Assembly (NCBI RefSeq): GCF_006345805.1
Contig: NC_043004.1
Span: forward strand, 52,824,001 to 52,888,000
DNA length: 64,000 bases
Direction of reading: 5' to 3'
From: Octopus sinensis
Lineage: Eukaryota
A program made the translations under genes and the position numbers. The notes below the pieces were generated by a model that had not been told where the DNA came from, did not search any database, and saw only the letters and a list, made by a program, of their open reading frames with translations. This document shows positions 37,461 through 51,311 of this stretch, in pieces (the stretch's first letter is position 1; each line of letters begins with the position of its first letter).

Positions 37461-38016
37461 AATGCCCTGATGCGATGCAGTACCAGGCAGTGGCACTCAT
37501 GGCTTCTGATCTTAACTGACTGGAAGTGTTATCATGTACATTGTTTGTCTTGGTATAAAATATGGGCTACAGCAAATATTCTGCTCAATACCACAGATTT
37601 GCTTGTCAGTTGTTTGACCTTAATCAGTTGAGCATGTCCCTTAGTGGCTGACAATATGTGCAGCGCTGATCATGGGCAGAAGTAGTGGAGAAGCATCATA
37701 GCCATGTGTTGAGAGGGATTCTTAGAGGTTTGGATAATTCACCTTTGGTAACATGGTTGGTTCATTGAACATCCTTAAACAATCCTTATTCAGGGACCTT
37801 TTCAGTGGGAGAGGGGCTACTCGATCAGAGGGTAATTCTAACTGGGCCCCACCTGCAAGGTCATGCGCTGTTTATCTTGATATGAGATCACCATGTCGCG
37901 CACTGTGGTTGTGATGCATGTGCCTGGTGTACCATTAACAGAGAGGTAGTCATGATGGGTATACTGGGTTTCGTATATTTTACCCAGTGTCACTTTGATG
38001 ACATGCACTATTCCTC
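37461..38016 (-). mobile_element. ~555-bp non-coding interspersed repeat (family F) with (ATT)n tail
   Basis: End-to-end reverse-complement match to 58034-58590. Confidence 0.85.
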
Positions 38017-38444
38017 AAAACTTAATTGAAAATACCTGAAAGCCTAGCCTGTATCAAAAGATAATCACTCATCAACTATGCACTGAAAAATCAAGGAAAT
38101 TGGAATACGATGATTACTTATTGCAATTTATATATACTTTATATACATTACACACAATTTTATTTACATGATACACAGCACTGACAAAATAAACATTCAC
38201 GCTTAATTTTCCATTTTTACAATAAACAGAAAAAAAATTACATTTTGAAATGTACATTATCCAATGTAGAAAACAAAATTTTACTGTGAAAAAGAAATTG
38301 TTTTATAAGTAAAATATGGGGGTCACAATTTCACGGGGGTAAAAATTTAAAGAAGCATGGTATATTCTGAAAGCCACATACTTGGTGACTTATGAACCAA
38401 TGCGATGGACCAGACCCAATACACGTTTGAAATTGCGTACACCT

Positions 38445-38665
38445 TTCGATCCAAAACTTCTTTGCAGACTATGTTCTTCGTGTAAGTTCTCCTCCATCTT
38501 TACCCTTGTTTGTCAGTGTTGATAATCCTAATTCTCACAACAAGATAATTTGCAAGCCCTTGAGAATGGAACATATAGATGTGATTTACTGATAGTCACT
38601 GCATATGACAAGTGAACGAAAAACTGGTTTCTTTCTAAAGTGCATGTCAAGTTTGGAATGTGCAT
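38445..38665 (-). mobile_element. Helitron PIF1-like helicase C-terminal remnant
   Basis: Manual translation gives ERNQFFVHLSYAVTISKSH-LYVPFSR...TYTKNIVCKEVL. This matches the Helitron motifs RxQFPVRLAxAMTINKSQ, LYVALSR and TxNIVYxEVL, with an internal deletion. Confidence 0.7.
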
Positions 38666-39119
38666 ACGCTAAGTGATAGGTGATATAAAGAATTTAGTTA
38701 AATTACGGATGTATATGCTCGTTACTAATCTTCATTAATAGCACTACTGTTGATACTGTCGCAGAAGTCAGCGCTTTTGTTGATGCCGTTACTGCTGCAG
38801 TTATTTATAATGTTATCGTTGCTGTTGCTGCTGGTTTCGTTACTACTATTATTGTTGTTGGCGTTGTTTTTGCCGATGTCGTTATTGTTGTTGTAGGTGT
38901 CACGGGTCATGCTGGTGATAGTGGTCCTGTTTTGGCTGCTGACGACGATGTTGTTGATGGTAGTGTTGATGGTAGTGTCGGTGTTGGTGTTGGTAGTGAT
39001 GTTATTGTCTGTAGGTATTTTGCAAAAGCCAAAGAGTGGGGCGAACGATACGCTTGGCTGACTACTATGCCTCTCGGGTCGATTGAACCGAGGAAGCATT
39101 CCTACACCCATTCCTCTAT

Positions 39120-39357
39120 TTAGAAAAGTGCTGGCCATGTTGTGAAAAGGAATAGATTAAAAAAACATACCCAATAATGATTTCGGAAAGAGCTTTCCGC
39201 TCATTCCGTAATTGAAATGGGAAGAAACTCTTTGAGAAGATACCTGGACATACGCCAAACAACAATTTCAATTTTAGCGGCAAAAAGGCAGAAGACGAGC
39301 AAAATTAGAAAAAATTCATCAGCGATGATTCGAGCGTGGATTCCAGGTGAGAAGCCA

Positions 39358-39423
<66 letters not shown>

Positions 39424-39439
39424 ACTACTACTACTACTA

Positions 39440-39533
<94 letters not shown>

Positions 39534-39535
39534 TA
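39120..39535 (+). mobile_element. Possible decayed RTE-like LINE 3' end with (CTA)n/(TAA)n tail
   Basis: Weak similarity to the RTE C-terminus (..AED..K.RKFI..) directly upstream of a long trinucleotide tract. Confidence 0.3.
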
Positions 39536-39907
39536 GCCTTACTCGTTAAAACATCGCGGAAAATCTAAAAAATGTAACCAGGTGTAAACTGTGTTGGTGC
39601 CATGAGAAATATTTCTGTATTGTGATACAGAATCTAGAAAGAAGTGTAAATCAGATAACAGAATATAGAAGGAAATATAAATCCAACCAAAATACATAAT
39701 ATTGGTTTAGTGGTACGGAACGTTTTTCTGGTATTTTTTAATTCTTTTACTTTTATTTGACGGTGGCCATGCTCGAGCATCACCTTTTAGTCCAAGGAAT
39801 CGACAACTGGACTTATTCCCTGTAAGCTAGCTGTTCGACAGAAGAGAGTAATAGTATTAGCCTCTTCTGCCGAACAGCTAGCTTGCTGGGATGCAAACAC
39901 AGACACG

Positions 39908-39967
<60 letters not shown>

Positions 39968-39999
39968 TGTATGTATGTATGTATGTATGTATGCATGTA

Positions 40000-40290
40000 T
40001 AAAGAGGTATAAGGACTTGCCGAAGACTTCCTTAAGAGATGCTTGCATCTCTCCTGACACATGGGAGGGCATAACTGTTGATCGTAACAGGTGGAGAAGG
40101 ATTGTGCACGAGGGGACAGCTACTTTTGAGAAATCTCGAGTTGCGTATGAAAAAGTAAGGAGGGATGTCAGGAAGGGCATCGCTGTTACACTTACTATGA
40201 TGCTGACATGCAGTGTCCGTGCAGGACCCTGCCTCAGTAAAGTTGACTCAAGAGTCATCTTCGTAGTCATAAAGCGAGACAGATGAGTGA
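40000..40290 (+). mobile_element. RTE-clade LINE 3' fragment
   Basis: KRYKD...L...I.PDTWE....DRNRWRRIVHEG...FE...EK.R..RK followed by a decayed C2H2-like motif. Confidence 0.75.
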
Positions 40291-42692
40291 AAACCTGGTC
40301 ACTGGTGGTGGTGTTACACACCATTCTAATCATATCTGTCAGGCATGTGGAAGAGAGTGTAATTCCACAGGAGAACTTAAACGACATGCAAAGGTACATG
40401 AAGCCCAGTTACAACGACAGCCGGCTATTGCCGGTAAATATTTTAGCTGCTAATTCTGTACAAGATATTGTAGATCTTTAGCTGGCACCAATAACAGTTA
40501 AGCTTCGTGCAATGGCCATACTCGATAACGAGGGGGCAATCATCATGTATGTATGCATGTATATATTTACTTAGTTGTCAAACTCATATGTAGTACTACC
40601 TGATATAACATATTTAAATAAATTCCATAAATATCACTAGATTCTGGTTTGCTGTAATTTATATTTTAACCTGCATCAGACCCCTATCATCCTCTTAGTT
40701 CAAGAATTTTATTTGAAAATTAGTAAGTGTTCGACAGAATTAAATTACCGCAAGCGCAAAATATGTTATCTACCTAGAAGATAAGCATCTTCTTCAAGCA
40801 TGAAAATGCTAGTTTATTTTAAAAGTAGTTTTCCAGTGAAGTTAGAAATATAATTTAAACACGAGAAAAGTTAAGTGCCACAAAACTCGTATAAGGATTT
40901 AGTGGTAGATGGATTTACTTATCATCACATTCTGAAATTTAATATTCTTATGTGAGCAGTTAATAACTACGTAAGGAAATAACATCGGGCAATATATTGG
41001 TAAAAGGTAGAAAGATTACGACAGGATACTTTGAGAAAAGATGCAGATTCAAGAATATTGATCAACGGCATGCAACGAAACGCTCAAGAAATTCTATTCC
41101 TTGCAACGGAGAACTTCAACTTACAGTGCGAAAGGAAAAAAAATATATTTAAGATGTGGTCAAACCATAGCAGTAACTACTCTCTGTACACTGCTGAGAA
41201 AAGGTTTGCCTTGTTCAAGACAGAAAATGCAAAGAATATTTCTGGCTTAGCAGTTTAAACAACTAACTAATCAATAGCTTGAATATCAATCTATCAATTG
41301 CGTTTGTCCAAATCCTTGCGATGCCATTCTCAAGCTATTCAATGTCACGCCTTCTCTAATCCAGATCAGATTCAGCTTTGAAGCCATGCAGTACCATCTT
41401 TAAAAAAAGATAATGTTTAGTAATGGATACCAAAAGAAGCTATGATTGATTACAAGAAAGGAAAACAGAATGTCTAAGAGAATGCTCGAGGTTGTGAAGT
41501 AATTAAATGTAGTGTAGTTTTGTTCGCCTGGTGCTAAACAGGTGTAAAAGTTGAAGAGTCGAAAATGTAATAATAAATGAGAAGTTTAGAAAACATATAA
41601 TGAATAACGTCAAAAACATTGTCAAGTGATGACTATAAATGAATAGCATGTTAATAATTCAATGGATCGAACGTTTCTTTCGTTGAATCCAAACAAAATC
41701 TAGACAACCACCTCTGGTTTGTTTTCATTTCTGCCAACGCCAAATTTTCGGAAACTTTTCAGTAATATGTTTTGTATTTTTCAAACAAATATCTTTTGTT
41801 GTTTTCTAACAGTAAGGCAAGTGTCACAATACACGAATGAATGTGACATCAAATTACTTTCTCTCCTCCGTCAGAAAACTTGCTAATATGATTCGACATC
41901 TTAGGTTTGTTGTGTCAATGTTTATACGTCAATTTGGTTAGATTTGTATTTGTTTTATCATATATTATTTGTTTGATTTATCATTTGTTTCTGTGAATAT
42001 TTAAACTGAAATGTCAGGCGGAACCATCAATTATTAGTATATAGTTGAAACATTACTGCTAGCATTTTATGCTTTCACTTAATCGGACTTGTCACTCAAA
42101 TCCTCCATCTTTTTCTCTTACTGTCTTTCTTCTCTCTGTTTACCGTCAGTTTTTTTCTGCTTGAGTTGATGGTGTGTCCTATGTGGTTCTAATAGCGCAG
42201 TAGAATTGTAAGTTGCAATCTGTACTGTAGCCAGGAAAAAGTACGTTGACACGTTCACAGCCACGAACACAGAGACAGACACATATGCATGGTCCTCAGA
42301 AACACGTATATATAGCACATGGAAACACAGAAATATAGACGCATATTCTGTCTCTGCCCCTGCAAAAATACGGGCTGCAGATGAGCAAATAAAAAATACA
42401 AAATAATATTCCACAGTCAATTGTGTATTAGTTCAATTTTGAGATTAAAGCAGTAAAATAGCATATTTATCAACCTCAACACAATATTCAATGAAACATA
42501 GTATTTATACATACTCCCACGAAACAAATTCGTACGATCATGTGCAAATATCCGCACTTAAGCTTCAAAATAATTTCTAATGTTTTTCCTGTTCCGTTAT
42601 ATAATTTATATAATTATTATTTTATTATAATTTAACCACAAATTTCTATAGCATGTTCGCCACTTGATATTATCATGATTTTATCCTTGTTT

Positions 42693-42990
42693 ATATGTGG
42701 TTAGGGTAGCGGACTCGCGGTTGTAGGATCGCGGTTTCGATTCCCAGACCGGGCGTTGTGAGTGTTTATTGAGTCAAAACACCTAAAGCTCCACGAGGCT
42801 CCGGCAGGGGGTGGTGGCGAACCCTGCCGTACTCTTTCGCCACAACTTTCTCTCACTCTTTCTTCTGTTCGCCTGCTCGCTTAGCCAGCGGGGTGGCGTT
42901 ATTTGAAGGCTAACACAATGCGAAGCGCATTGTGATCAGCGATGTGTAGCAACATCTTATAGTCTGGTCGGTCACGGTGATCACGGTGAT
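42693..42990 (+). mobile_element. tRNA-derived SINE family C with (CACGGTGAT)2 tail
   Basis: GTGGTTAGGGT...GGTTTCGATTCCC (B box), GC-rich body and a tandem-repeat tail. Confidence 0.75.
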
Positions 42991-43457
42991 ATATATATAT
43001 ATATGTATATATGATGTAGGTGTGTATATATGTTAATACATAAATATATATTTTTTCTAGTAACACTTAATTTAAGATATAAATACGTACATGTGCAAAT
43101 GTATATAATAAAAAAGCGAGTGAATTATGCGCTATCACTACAACCATTAAGAGCTCTTACACCCTTATAGCATCATATAGGAAGGCGAATATGAAATGCA
43201 GCATCAATAAGCTACACTCAACAGAGACCCTCTCAAATCTTCTGGTATTGCCGCTGGATATTGCTGTACAGCGACTACGATTATAGCGATATCGCATTCT
43301 CCATTCGTTGAAATTCTCTTTAACTTTCGGGGTTGAATTTCCAAGATTGTTTACATTCTGATTTGTGTTTTACCGTATAACAATTAATCTGGTGTGCTTT
43401 TCTTTGATATGCCGTGAGTTTAATCGCCAGTCCTTAATACATACCTACATACATACA

Positions 43458-43509
<52 letters not shown>

Positions 43510-43540
43510 CATACACACACATTAATATATATATATATAT

Positions 43541-43573
<33 letters not shown>

Positions 43574-43649
43574 CTATACATATATATATAAATATATATG
43601 CGTATGTGTGTGTGTGTGCTTGTGCGTGTTCGTGTATTGGTACGTCTCA

Positions 43650-43693
<44 letters not shown>

Positions 43694-44367
43694 CGTGTGT
43701 GTGTGTAATATGTATGTATACACACAACGCCACCACATGCAATATACATATACATGATAGAAATGTTTATATAGACGCCGAAATAGGGAAGCACATACAG
43801 CGACGTTAGCTGCATAAGAACCAGCAAAGTATATACCTATGATAGGAAAAATATGTTTTTGAAATGTTCCTGCATGTTTTGTGCATTTGTGCTTTAATGC
43901 TTTCTTACCTGTTGGAATATCTTCAATGCTAATCTGAAACTATTGGTCACAGTAGGCCTCCTTTAAAGTATCTGAAGAAAAGGAATGGCGCCTGTGTAAG
44001 CTGCGTATGAAGTAACTCTGCCTGAGGGCAAATGTTGTTTCATGTTCTTCAACACGAAAATCCTGGTTGTATTCAACGATATGTCAGAATGTGAATCACT
44101 CTGCTTCAAGACTAATGTCACGTGTATACAATTCTATGTTGGTGTTCTTCAAACGTTTGCATTAAAATAGGGTTGTGAAACGGAGAAATTACTATTATAA
44201 ATGAAGTTGCCCTAATATTTACAACAATGAATATATCGTACTAATAATGGAAATACTCTTTTGACTAAAGCAATATGCATGGAGAACATTAAAAATGAGG
44301 ACGTATGTTGAAAGAAATATTACAATTAAAAGAAAGTAGAGCCAAACGAAGAAACATGAATACATAT

Positions 44368-44783
44368 ACTCTTTACTCTTTTACTCTTTTACTTGTTTCA
44401 GTCATTTGACTGCGGCCATGCTGGAGCACCGCCTTTAATCGAGCAACTCGACCCCGGGACTTATTCTTTGTAAGCCCAGTACTTATTCTATCGGTCTCTT
44501 TTGCTGAACCGCTAAGTGACGGGGACATAAACACACCAGCATCGGTTGTCGAGCAATGCTAGGGGGATAAACACCAACATACACGCACACACATATATAC
44601 ATATATATATACATATATACGACGGGCTTCTTTCAGTTTCCGTCTACCAAATCCACTCACAAGGCTTTGGTCGGCCCGAGGCTATAGAAGAAGACACTTG
44701 CCCAAGATGCCACGCAGTGGGACTGAACCCGGAACCATGTGGTTGGTAAACAAGCTACTTACCACACAGCCACTCCTGCGCCT
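44368..44783 (-). mobile_element. tRNA/CORE-like SINE family B, full length
   Basis: The minus strand has TGGCTGTGTGG (A box), GGTTCAGTCCC (B box), TTGGGCAAGTGTCTT (CORE-like), an internal microsatellite and a (GTAAAAGA)n tail. Confidence 0.85.
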
Positions 44784-45460
44784 GTGATATAAATACATAA
44801 TGCGTTTTATTTCTTCGCCGTCTGAAAATGAGATGAGGACCAGAATATATACGATGCGAGGAACTCTGTTCATCTGCAGCTGGAAAACTACATTCCTTAT
44901 CACAGACCTAATGTTTTGCGGTTTATTTTGTTGTGTGCAGCTGTTGATACTGTAGTAATCCACTTCCGCCACGCACCGGAAGTTATACAAAGTAAATGGT
45001 ATGGCAAATGTGATATAGAATAGAAAGAATAACAATGTAAATAATAACAATAAAATACCTAAAGACATTTTATATAATACTCTAACAAATATTTTTATTT
45101 ATTCGCCTGTTAAAACAGGATATCAATGAAAATAATTAAAACAAATTTGCACCCAGCGTCATTTGGACATCGAACATAAAAATAATTTTCTTGTGAATAC
45201 TTCTAACGAATATATTCCGCGCTCTATCGATAATAGTACTTGACTGCTCTAAGAAGAATATAGAATACATTATGTATTTTAATGTCCTTACTTAAATACG
45301 GAGATGTGATTTATTTGTATCTCTTCATTTTCGATATGTTTATATCCCATCCTAGGTTTATGTGTGTATGTAAGTATAGATACGTCAGAGGAAAAAAGTG
45401 AACGATAGCTAGCTAGATAGATAGATAGAGAGGGAGACATATAGATGTAGAGATAGAAAG

Positions 45461-45498
<38 letters not shown>

Positions 45499-45516
45499 TT
45501 ATAGATAGATAGAGAG

Positions 45517-45555
<39 letters not shown>

Positions 45556-47035
45556 TGTGTGTGTGTGTGTGTATGAATTAGAGAATGAATACATTGTGTT
45601 TGTGGTGAATACAGTAATAAATGTCTTGGTGAAAAAGCAGAGGACATCAACCAGTGCTTAACCTTACTTGACGGATATTTGCAATTGGGTGGATATTTAT
45701 ATGACTTGTACTCTACTAGAATATTCAATATTAGTACATATCGCCGATCGATCACACTGACTTAAAACCTGGGCTAGTTCTTTTTTTTGCCGATTCCTGG
45801 GTAATAAGAGTGAAAATTGATCAAAGTAACATTTGAAATTTCATTGTAAATCCTGGAACATATACTGGAAGGTATATTTGCAAGAACTTGTTATCCTTCT
45901 GTCGTTTATCGCTCTGTTATCCTTAGAAACTGAGCATTCTAAATAATTACAAAGGAAAGAAATGAAATATTACGGCTTTAAACAAATAATGAATAGCACT
46001 GTGTTTGCAATACCCGGAGCAACGTGAACCGTTAAATAAAAATAAGTGATAATACTAGGAAATTTTCAACAGATGTTGTTCATAAATACAAATCAGAACT
46101 GAGATAATTTATAAGCGTATGTATATAGCTTAGTGATTGACACCCAAGATAGGAACACAAATATGTGAACCGAGAAAATCAGACACAAAAATTTATATTC
46201 TCAACGAAAATATTCTAATATCATTAAATAAATATTTCAAAGTGAAACTTAAAAGGTGAAAAATACAGAGATTTAAGAAATGGATGCAATTATTCAAAGT
46301 GAAAAAAAGTAGTTCGAGAGAATAATAGGTGCTTATATTGGAAATAAATAGCAATGGAAGACGAGGGTGTGGCAAGTAAAGAAAATTTAGACATATGAAA
46401 ATATTATTGTTAAAAAAAGTACAGAAAAGAAATGAATTAACACTATCGTAAAAAAAAGATAAATAAAACAAAACTGCAAGAACGAGAATATATCATTGCA
46501 GAAAATATAATGGAAGCCACGAGGTGAAAAGAGGGGAGTATTCGTGTGTATTAGATAAAATCTAAAATATTTGGCTCGTATTAATGTATTACTATAAAGA
46601 AGTAGAAATTGTGAGATTAAAATAATTTATTTACTTGTTTTGCCTAACTCCTGCATCGTAATAGATTTTCAGTAGTTTCTAAATATATAATTATTTTTTT
46701 GTTTCCATTTTATTAATTTTAGTTGGTATTGCTTCTATATTTCAGTACATTTGATATAATCAGACCCGGTAAAACATGGTAATACAACTAGATAATGTTA
46801 ACCTTGTATGCTTGTCTATTTAACAAACTGGCCGAACTCAATTAAATTTTCTGGCCAACTTATTCAGAGCAGTAACAGGAATGGAGGCAAAGGTAAGAGA
46901 CCCCAAACCAATAGGATCTCGGCCAAACAAGTGTTGCCAGAAAATTAAAAGAAAAAATGGGGAAATAAATATAAAGGAATATATACAAAAACAAATTATA
47001 AGTGAACAGCAAAAATCAATCTATTTCCGCCATAT

Positions 47036-47090
<55 letters not shown>

Positions 47091-48421
47091 GAATGAGTAA
47101 CATGGCTTTTTCAGATTAGTGATTAAGAGCTACATATATCAGACAAACGCTATTTTCGTTGCTTATTTCATTGTGGTGTCCGTTTTGTGAGGAAAAAATG
47201 TAAAATCAAAATAAAAATAGAAATGATTTGTTAACAAACACGAAAGGTAATTTGTAAGACTGCATTTGTTTCTTACTAGAATTAATTTGGTAATTATTCT
47301 TGCAGGTCAAAATGGCAAACAAAATGAAATGAAATAAAAACAATATATGTTGGCGTCTAAAGTGCTCTAGGAAGTTACGTTATTTACTTGAGTAAGATTA
47401 TTTGTTTCTTTAATGGTAATAGACTTACGTGGCCTAATTCATTTTAAACCGGATTGGCAAACAAATGGTCACTGGTACAATGTGTTCTAAACATTGCGAG
47501 GCAAAGCAATTTATGAATAAAATTTGATCTGTCAGGATACATTAGTACTTCGCGTTCAATAAATATATATTACGAATGCTTGTGTAAAGATGCATACACG
47601 CGCATACACACATCCCAAACATAGACACGTGTTTAGCCATACATACATTATTATAGATATATGCGTGCGTATGACTATTCATATAACTCTGTCAAACTAA
47701 TATACCTTGTTGTGTTCCTCCAAGTGTCTTTGCCTTATATCTTTAGTAAATTTGCACTAAAAATACATACATATTTATATATGTGCGTGTGTGTATGTAT
47801 ATGTATATGTATATGTATGTATACATATATACATATACATATATATATATATATATATATGCATTTATATATATACATATACAAACACGCACACACACAC
47901 ATGCTGTGCGTAGGTGTCCATTGTTTTCTTATTGCCTTATATATTCTGCTCATTTCACTTATGCAAATGAGAATACCATAGTCTATATATTAATGTGTCC
48001 TCCTTTCCATTTCTGTTTTTAGTTGTGGTCTACACACATATGTATATGAATAGCAAACTTATCACAGAATCAATGATACTAGATTTTGTAGAAGAATTTC
48101 AAGGTTTCTTCAAATAGTCTACATGTGCCAAAATTGCATAATTATTTGTTAGGTTTCAGCCAGAGACCCTGCTGGCATAATTGGAATTCGATGACATATG
48201 TCTGAAAGCATAAATGATAAATACATAAATAGTTAATCAATGAGCAGTATCCAATTATATATTCAGTAAAATTTACGAGATCTGCAGAAACACGTATTTT
48301 TCAAGATACAAACACAGACAAGCCTATATCTTTGCACTTCTTCAAGAGGCATTATTCCAATCATCTCATCTCTTCACTTTGAAACTCATAATCCTCTAAT
48401 TGAAATTTTGTATATATATGT

Positions 48422-48537
<116 letters not shown>

Positions 48538-48789
48538 CATATATAGATAGATATAGATATCTGCGACCATTGGGGGCTTGTCCCCCTTCTCAGCTCATTA
48601 AGATATTGCTTTTGTTGATTATTGAGTTGTTTTGACTCTTATTTCTAGCAATACTGGTGTTGATTAATGCCCTTGTTCATTTTAGTGACGTTTAAATTTT
48701 TGCCTTTAAGGTGTAAACCTGGGAATTAGCTACCCATATTATTTATATTTGTGTATGTATGTAAGTATGTATCTATCTATCTAGCTATC

Positions 48790-48845
<56 letters not shown>

Positions 48846-49133
48846 ATATATATAATATATATATATAAAGCAATAATAAATCTCTGAAAGAGATGTAAAC
48901 AGTAACCGCTCGACAACGTAAAGTATACTAGCCATCTCAATATGGTTAACCACTAAGGGTGGGTGTTACTGTCGCTTTTAGCCCTAGGACATCATCGTCT
49001 TCAGCTGGCTTTAGACACACATTCAGTGCCCTTATGATATTCGCAAAGGGAGGTCATCCCCTCTCGTAAACCTAAGTGATACGCACGGAGTATAGTTTCG
49101 AGGTTCTTACCTCTTGACAAGTATACTTTACGT

Positions 49134-49167
<34 letters not shown>

Positions 49168-49267
49168 TATATATATATACTGGGGGTAGAAATTGATATC
49201 AATCAATTAACATTAATTTAAACCAGTGGTCTGGCATATTCAAAAGAAAATCCGAAGATTTAAAAAT

Positions 49268-49420
49268 TATATTACAATTAATAAGAGGAATGACAACTAA
49301 AGTGGAATCCTATATGCTAGAAATAGACGTCAAATCGCTTCACCACAAAAAGATTTGACGTCTATTTCTAGCCTATAGGATTTCACTTTAGTGGTCATTC
49401 CTCACATTAATTGTAATATA
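49268..49420. repeat. 69-bp-arm inverted repeat with 15-nt loop
   Basis: 49268-49336 is the near-perfect reverse complement of 49352-49420. Confidence 0.9.
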
Positions 49421-50395
49421 TATATATATCTGTGTGTCTGTGTGTCTGTGTGTCTGTGTGTGTGTGCGCGTGCGTGTGTGTATGTGTATACATAAAAATG
49501 TATACCTTTAAATACACGGCATGCTACCCACCATTGACCAACCCTTGTATTTCTAGAGTCGACTTGTAGCCCGAAAAATGTGTGTATTAGAGGAAATTTA
49601 TGTCCCAGTAAATTGTGTTACGTTAAATGAATGAGAGAAGAGTGCGCCATATATTTTGTAGACTTCCACTGAATTTGAAACTGTGAAATTATATTACCAC
49701 TCGAGTTTCAGGTGCAATACACGCACGAGCGCGTATCCCCTCCACACACACATATATATATGCACATATATATATATGTACATATATATCTGAAAATGCA
49801 TATGTTAGTATAGTGACACTACATCTATGAAGAGTTGTTTATCAGCATCGCACCTGGTGCATTTGCACTAATTTTGAACCCTATTGCCTAATCCTCTTTC
49901 CAGTTTATCTCAAAGTGTTTGCGTTTGGGCAGTTTATAATATTTCCCTACTCTAAGATACATCTGATCGAGATCTATCCCTTGGCATCGTGAGCGTAAAG
50001 CAAACAATTTAACTATACGTCTCTTCCCCACACTGATATATGTTACATACACACACACTTACATATATACACATATATAAACTGCTAGTATATTCATTCA
50101 GACATAGGCATACACCTATTTACAAAGCAAAAAAATGACTAAATTTTGATGATTAATGTATGGCATCTAAGCTATGAACTCCATCACCTTTTTTTTATTT
50201 GACAATCTGATATCTCTTTACCGGCAAAGACAACACAAGCCTTGAAAGACAAGCGTACACTTGTAAACGACCAGATATATAGACACACACTTATAAGAAG
50301 TCTTAATCAATATACGTACACTCACACACAAAAATACATAAGGCGATAAGATGCATATATACATATGTTTATGCATGTGTGTGTATGAGTGCTTG

Positions 50396-50430
<35 letters not shown>

Positions 50431-51055
50431 TATTTTATTTTACATATATATTATATATAATATATATCTACACATATATACACGTATATGTATGTATATA
50501 TGTATGTATGTATCCACATATATATAGGTGACACACTTAAGATGAAAAGTCATTCACAGACACACATATAACTTAACTACTACACATAACAAACTATTCA
50601 GATACATAGACTTATACACTAAGAGCAACAAGCCTACAGCTGAAGGCACGATTATATCAACTTGATTAATCACCATGGCAACTTAGGATGTCAATTTTCC
50701 TACACAAAGTCTAATGTCGTCTTTCTCAGTAAACAGAACGCACATCTTCAAAGAAAAGGTTACAAGGTTCAATGCTTATCTGTGGCCAATAAATTACAAA
50801 CTCATTTCAACTGGCTTTCTTCCTTGTGGGCGTGTCTAAATATGTAGGTATCTCACTAAATGTTTATTACGAGCGTATAGTGTATATGTATGTGCTTGTG
50901 TCACAGTGCAAGCACGGTATTCAATGTGTACATTTGAACGACTTATTGTACACAACTATATAGCACACACACACACACACACAAACAAGAACACGCAAAC
51001 ACACACATATGCATACACACATACACACGAGTAGAAATATATATATATATATATA

Positions 51056-51270
51056 AGGCGAGCTGTCAGAAACGTTAGCACGCCGGGCGAAATGCGTGGC
51101 CCTTACGTTCTGAGTTCAAATTCCGCCGAGGTCGACTTTGCCTTTCATCCTTTCGGGGTCGATAAATTAAGTACCAGTTGCACACTGGGGTCGATGTAAT
51201 CGACTTAATCCCTTTGTCTGTCCTTGTTTGCCCTCTCTGTGTTTAGCCCCTTGCGGGTAGTAAAGAAATT
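51056..51270 (+). mobile_element. SINE family A
   Basis: Close match to 25924-26157 with a short internal deletion. Confidence 0.88.
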
Positions 51271-51311
51271 ACGGTTCAGGTGTGCATAATATAAAATAAG
51301 AAATGCAATTA

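Noticed and set aside
38725-39138. Asn/Thr-rich ORF, and similar poly-I, poly-L, poly-Y, HT and YI ORFs throughout the window
   Set aside because: They are translations of fresh or decayed microsatellites.
41031-42420. Short ORFs in unique-looking DNA as host gene exons
   Set aside because: There is no recognisable domain or consistent splice structure. Small exons cannot be excluded without RNA-seq.
48965-49010. CTGAAGA box on the minus strand
   Set aside because: There is no stem II or GAAA at a suitable distance.
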